From the NCBI GenBank assembly GCA_965205265.1, contig CBDBGH010000003.1:3008001-3072000 (forward strand): a DNA stretch of 64,000 bases. Reading direction: 5' to 3'. Under the pieces are notes generated by a model. It was not told where the DNA came from, did no database searches, and worked only from the letters and a program-made list of their open reading frames with translations. Made by a program: the position numbers and the translations under genes. Positions 61,980 to 64,000 of this stretch are shown here, in pieces. Each line of letters opens with the position of its first letter. The first letter of the stretch is position 1. The stretch is from Alphaproteobacteria bacterium (GTDB lineage Bacteria; Pseudomonadota; Alphaproteobacteria; Bin95).

Positions 61980-62780
61980 TCACGCGCCCCGGAAATTCGC
62001 CGGGCGCGACTCGCGGAAGGCGGCGACGCCTTCGGCGAAATCCTCCGTGAGCTCCGTCAGCATGACCTCCTCCGTGTCCATGTGGATGGCGGCCCCGGCG
62101 AGCGCGCCGGCGATGGCGTTCACGGTGGTCTTGGTCATGCGCAGCGGCACGGGCGGCATGGCGGCGGCGCGGGCGGCGAGTTCGAGCGCGCGGGCCGCCG
62201 CCCTGCCGTCCTCCACCACCTCCTGCGCCAGCCCCCAGGCGAGCGCGTCGGCGGCCCCGATGCGGTCATTGCCGAGGCAGAGGATCTGCTTGGCGCGGGC
62301 CGGGCCCACAAGCGCCACGAGGCGCGGGATCGTGCCCCAGCTCATGGAGAGGCCGAGCGCCACTTCCGGCGCACGGAAATGCGCCCCCCGGCCCATCACG
62401 CGAAGGTCGAAGGCGGCCGCGAGCGCGAGCCCGCCGCCGATGGCGAACCGCTCTATCGCGGCAACGGTGAATTGCTCCAGCCCCTCCCAGGCCGCGCAGA
62501 GGCGCTTGCCGGCCCCGGCCGCATGGCGCCGCGCGAGCATCGGCTTGTCGCGGCGCAGCGCCATCGCCGGGTCCGCGAGGTCGCGCCCGGCGGAAAAGCC
62601 GCTGCCCTCCGGCATGCGCAGCACGATGGCGGAGGTTTCGAGGTCGTCCCGGAAGCCGAGCGCCGCGTCGGTCAGCTCCTCGACCGCCTGGAGCGACAGC
62701 GGGTTCAGCCGGTTGCCCCGGTCGAAGGTGACGGTTGCGACGCGGCCCTCGCGCCGGACGGAGACATAATCGTAAGCCAT
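61980..62780 (-). CDS. Enoyl-CoA hydratase/isomerase family protein
   Basis: FSAGRDL, AIGGGLAL, APEVALG and EGVAAFRE motifs. Confidence 0.9.
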   Translation of the reverse strand: MAYDYVSVRREGRVATVTFDRGNRLNPLSLQAVEELTDAALGFRDDLETSAIVLRMPEGSGFSAGRDLADPAMALRRDKPMLARRHAAGAGKRLCAAWEGLEQFTVAAIERFAIGGGLALAAAFDLRVMGRGAHFRAPEVALGLSMSWGTIPRLVALVGPARAKQILCLGNDRIGAADALAWGLAQEVVEDGRAAARALELAARAAAMPPVPLRMTKTTVNAIAGALAGAAIHMDTEEVMLTELTEDFAEGVAAFRESRPANFRGA

Positions 62781-62815
62781 GAGGGAGCGGTCCTTGTCGG
62801 GTGGCGGGAAGGGGG

Positions 62816-63466
62816 TCAGAAGCCGAGCGCCCGGGGAATGTCGGCGAAGCAGTTCAGCAGGGGCGCCGGGCCGCAGGGCCGGCCGTAACCGTAGCCGACG
62901 CCGACGAACAGCGCCCCCGCGCCCCGCGCCGCCTCCTCGTCATTGCGGGAATCGCCGACCAGCGCCGCAGAGGCGGGCCGGCTGCCGAGCGGCTCCAGGC
63001 AGGCGAGCAGATGGCGCGGGTCGGGCTTGCGGAACGGCGTGCGATCGCCGCCGACCAGCACCCGGAACCGCTCCCGGACGCCGAGCGCGGAAAGCGTGCG
63101 GTCGGCGGCCGCCTGCGGCTTGTTGGTGCACACGCCGAGCCTGAGGCCTGCCGCGGCCAGCCGCGCCAGCGTTTCCTCGACGCCCGGATACAGCCGCCCG
63201 AGGACCGGCTGGGCCGGATCGACATAGGCGTCGGCGAAGGCGCGCGCGCCGCGGTCGAGCGAATCCCCATCCATCGGTCCGCCCCGCAGCGCAAAGGCGC
63301 GCTCGACGGCCTTGCGGGCGCCGTCGCCGACGATACGCGCGGCTTCCTCGCTGGTGACCGGGTCGAGGCCCTCGCCCGCCAGCGCCGCATTCGCCGCAAA
63401 CGCGATGTCGGCGGCGCTGTCCACCAGCGTGCCGTCGAGATCGAAGATGACGGTGTCGATTGTCAT
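62816..63466 (-). CDS. gph: HAD-family phosphoglycolate phosphatase
   Basis: FDLDGTLVDS, CTNK, KPDP and VGDS motifs; divergent from glmU. Confidence 0.85.
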   Translation of the reverse strand: MTIDTVIFDLDGTLVDSAADIAFAANAALAGEGLDPVTSEEAARIVGDGARKAVERAFALRGGPMDGDSLDRGARAFADAYVDPAQPVLGRLYPGVEETLARLAAAGLRLGVCTNKPQAAADRTLSALGVRERFRVLVGGDRTPFRKPDPRHLLACLEPLGSRPASAALVGDSRNDEEAARGAGALFVGVGYGYGRPCGPAPLLNCFADIPRALGF

Positions 63467-63555
63467 AACCCGCAACAAAGCTTGAACCGCCGCCGATTGC
63501 GCCGCAACGAATTTCGCATAGGTTTCGGGCGGGGTCCCGGACAGGAGGCGAGGAC

Positions 63556-64000
63556 ATGGCGCGGCGGGCGCTGGCGGCGGTGGTGCTGGCGGCAGGCAGG
63601 GGCGAACGGATGCGCTCGTCGATGCCGAAGGCGCTGCATGAGGTCGCGGGCCGGGCCATGGTCGCCCATGTGATCGACACGCTGGGCGGTCTTGCGCCGG
63701 AGCGGATCGTCTGCGTGACGGGGCCCGGCATGGACGGGGTGGCCGCGGCGGCCGCACCGGCGGAGGCGGTCCTGCAGGCGGAGCAGCTCGGCACCGCCCA
63801 TGCCGTGATGGCGGCGCGCGGGGCGCTTGGCGGTTTCGAGGGCGCGGTGCTGGTGCTGTTCGCGGACACGCCGCTCATCCGGGCGGAGACGATGCAGGCG
63901 CTCGCCGATGCGGTGGACGGGGGCGCGGCCGTCGCCGTGCTGGGGATGCGTCCCGCCGGCGCCAACGAATACGGGCGGGTGGCGCTCGACGGGGCGGGCC
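63556..64000 (+). CDS. glmU: Bifunctional UDP-GlcNAc pyrophosphorylase/glucosamine-1-P acetyltransferase, 5' part
   Basis: VLAAGRGERMRSSMPKALH, EQLGTAHAV, ADTPLI and YGRV; runs off the window. Confidence 0.93.
   Translation, partial: MARRALAAVVLAAGRGERMRSSMPKALHEVAGRAMVAHVIDTLGGLAPERIVCVTGPGMDGVAAAAAPAEAVLQAEQLGTAHAVMAARGALGGFEGAVLVLFADTPLIRAETMQALADAVDGGAAVAVLGMRPAGANEYGRVALDGAG

Overview
High-GC alphaproteobacterial chromosome segment (ccrM, rpoZ-spoT-pdxJ-acpS-lepB-rnc-era...recO-parC, dgt-argS-SPOR-nagZ...tatABC, bamE/cbp3/yceD, glmU; gene order resembles Rhodospirillales-type genomes). Housekeeping blocks are interrupted by accessory inserts. (i) An ~8.2 kb insert between era and recO carries an MmeI-like type IIL restriction-modification enzyme, a low-GC DUF4238-like gene, an intact IS1634-family element, duplicated antitoxin fragments, REP cassettes and an orphan promoter-driven repeat region. 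(ii) A ~3 kb insert (33.4-36.3 kb) holds an XRE-HTH protein whose unrecognised C-terminal domain recurs as two HTH-less paralogues flanking it. (iii) Scattered Fic, VapBC, FitAB, ABC-ATPase/TOPRIM, ERG4/ERG24-type sterol reductase, solo Trypco1-like protein, and a secreted protease pair (frameshifted subtilase facing a double-trypsin/PDZ protein). The most unusual structures I can see are the XRE plus decoy-domain triplet, a MITE-like element nested in a REP hairpin and carrying its own REP cassette, and the CATGACA-repeat region upstream of recO. No tRNA, rRNA or CRISPR array was recognised. All family calls come from motif recognition by eye, without database searches.
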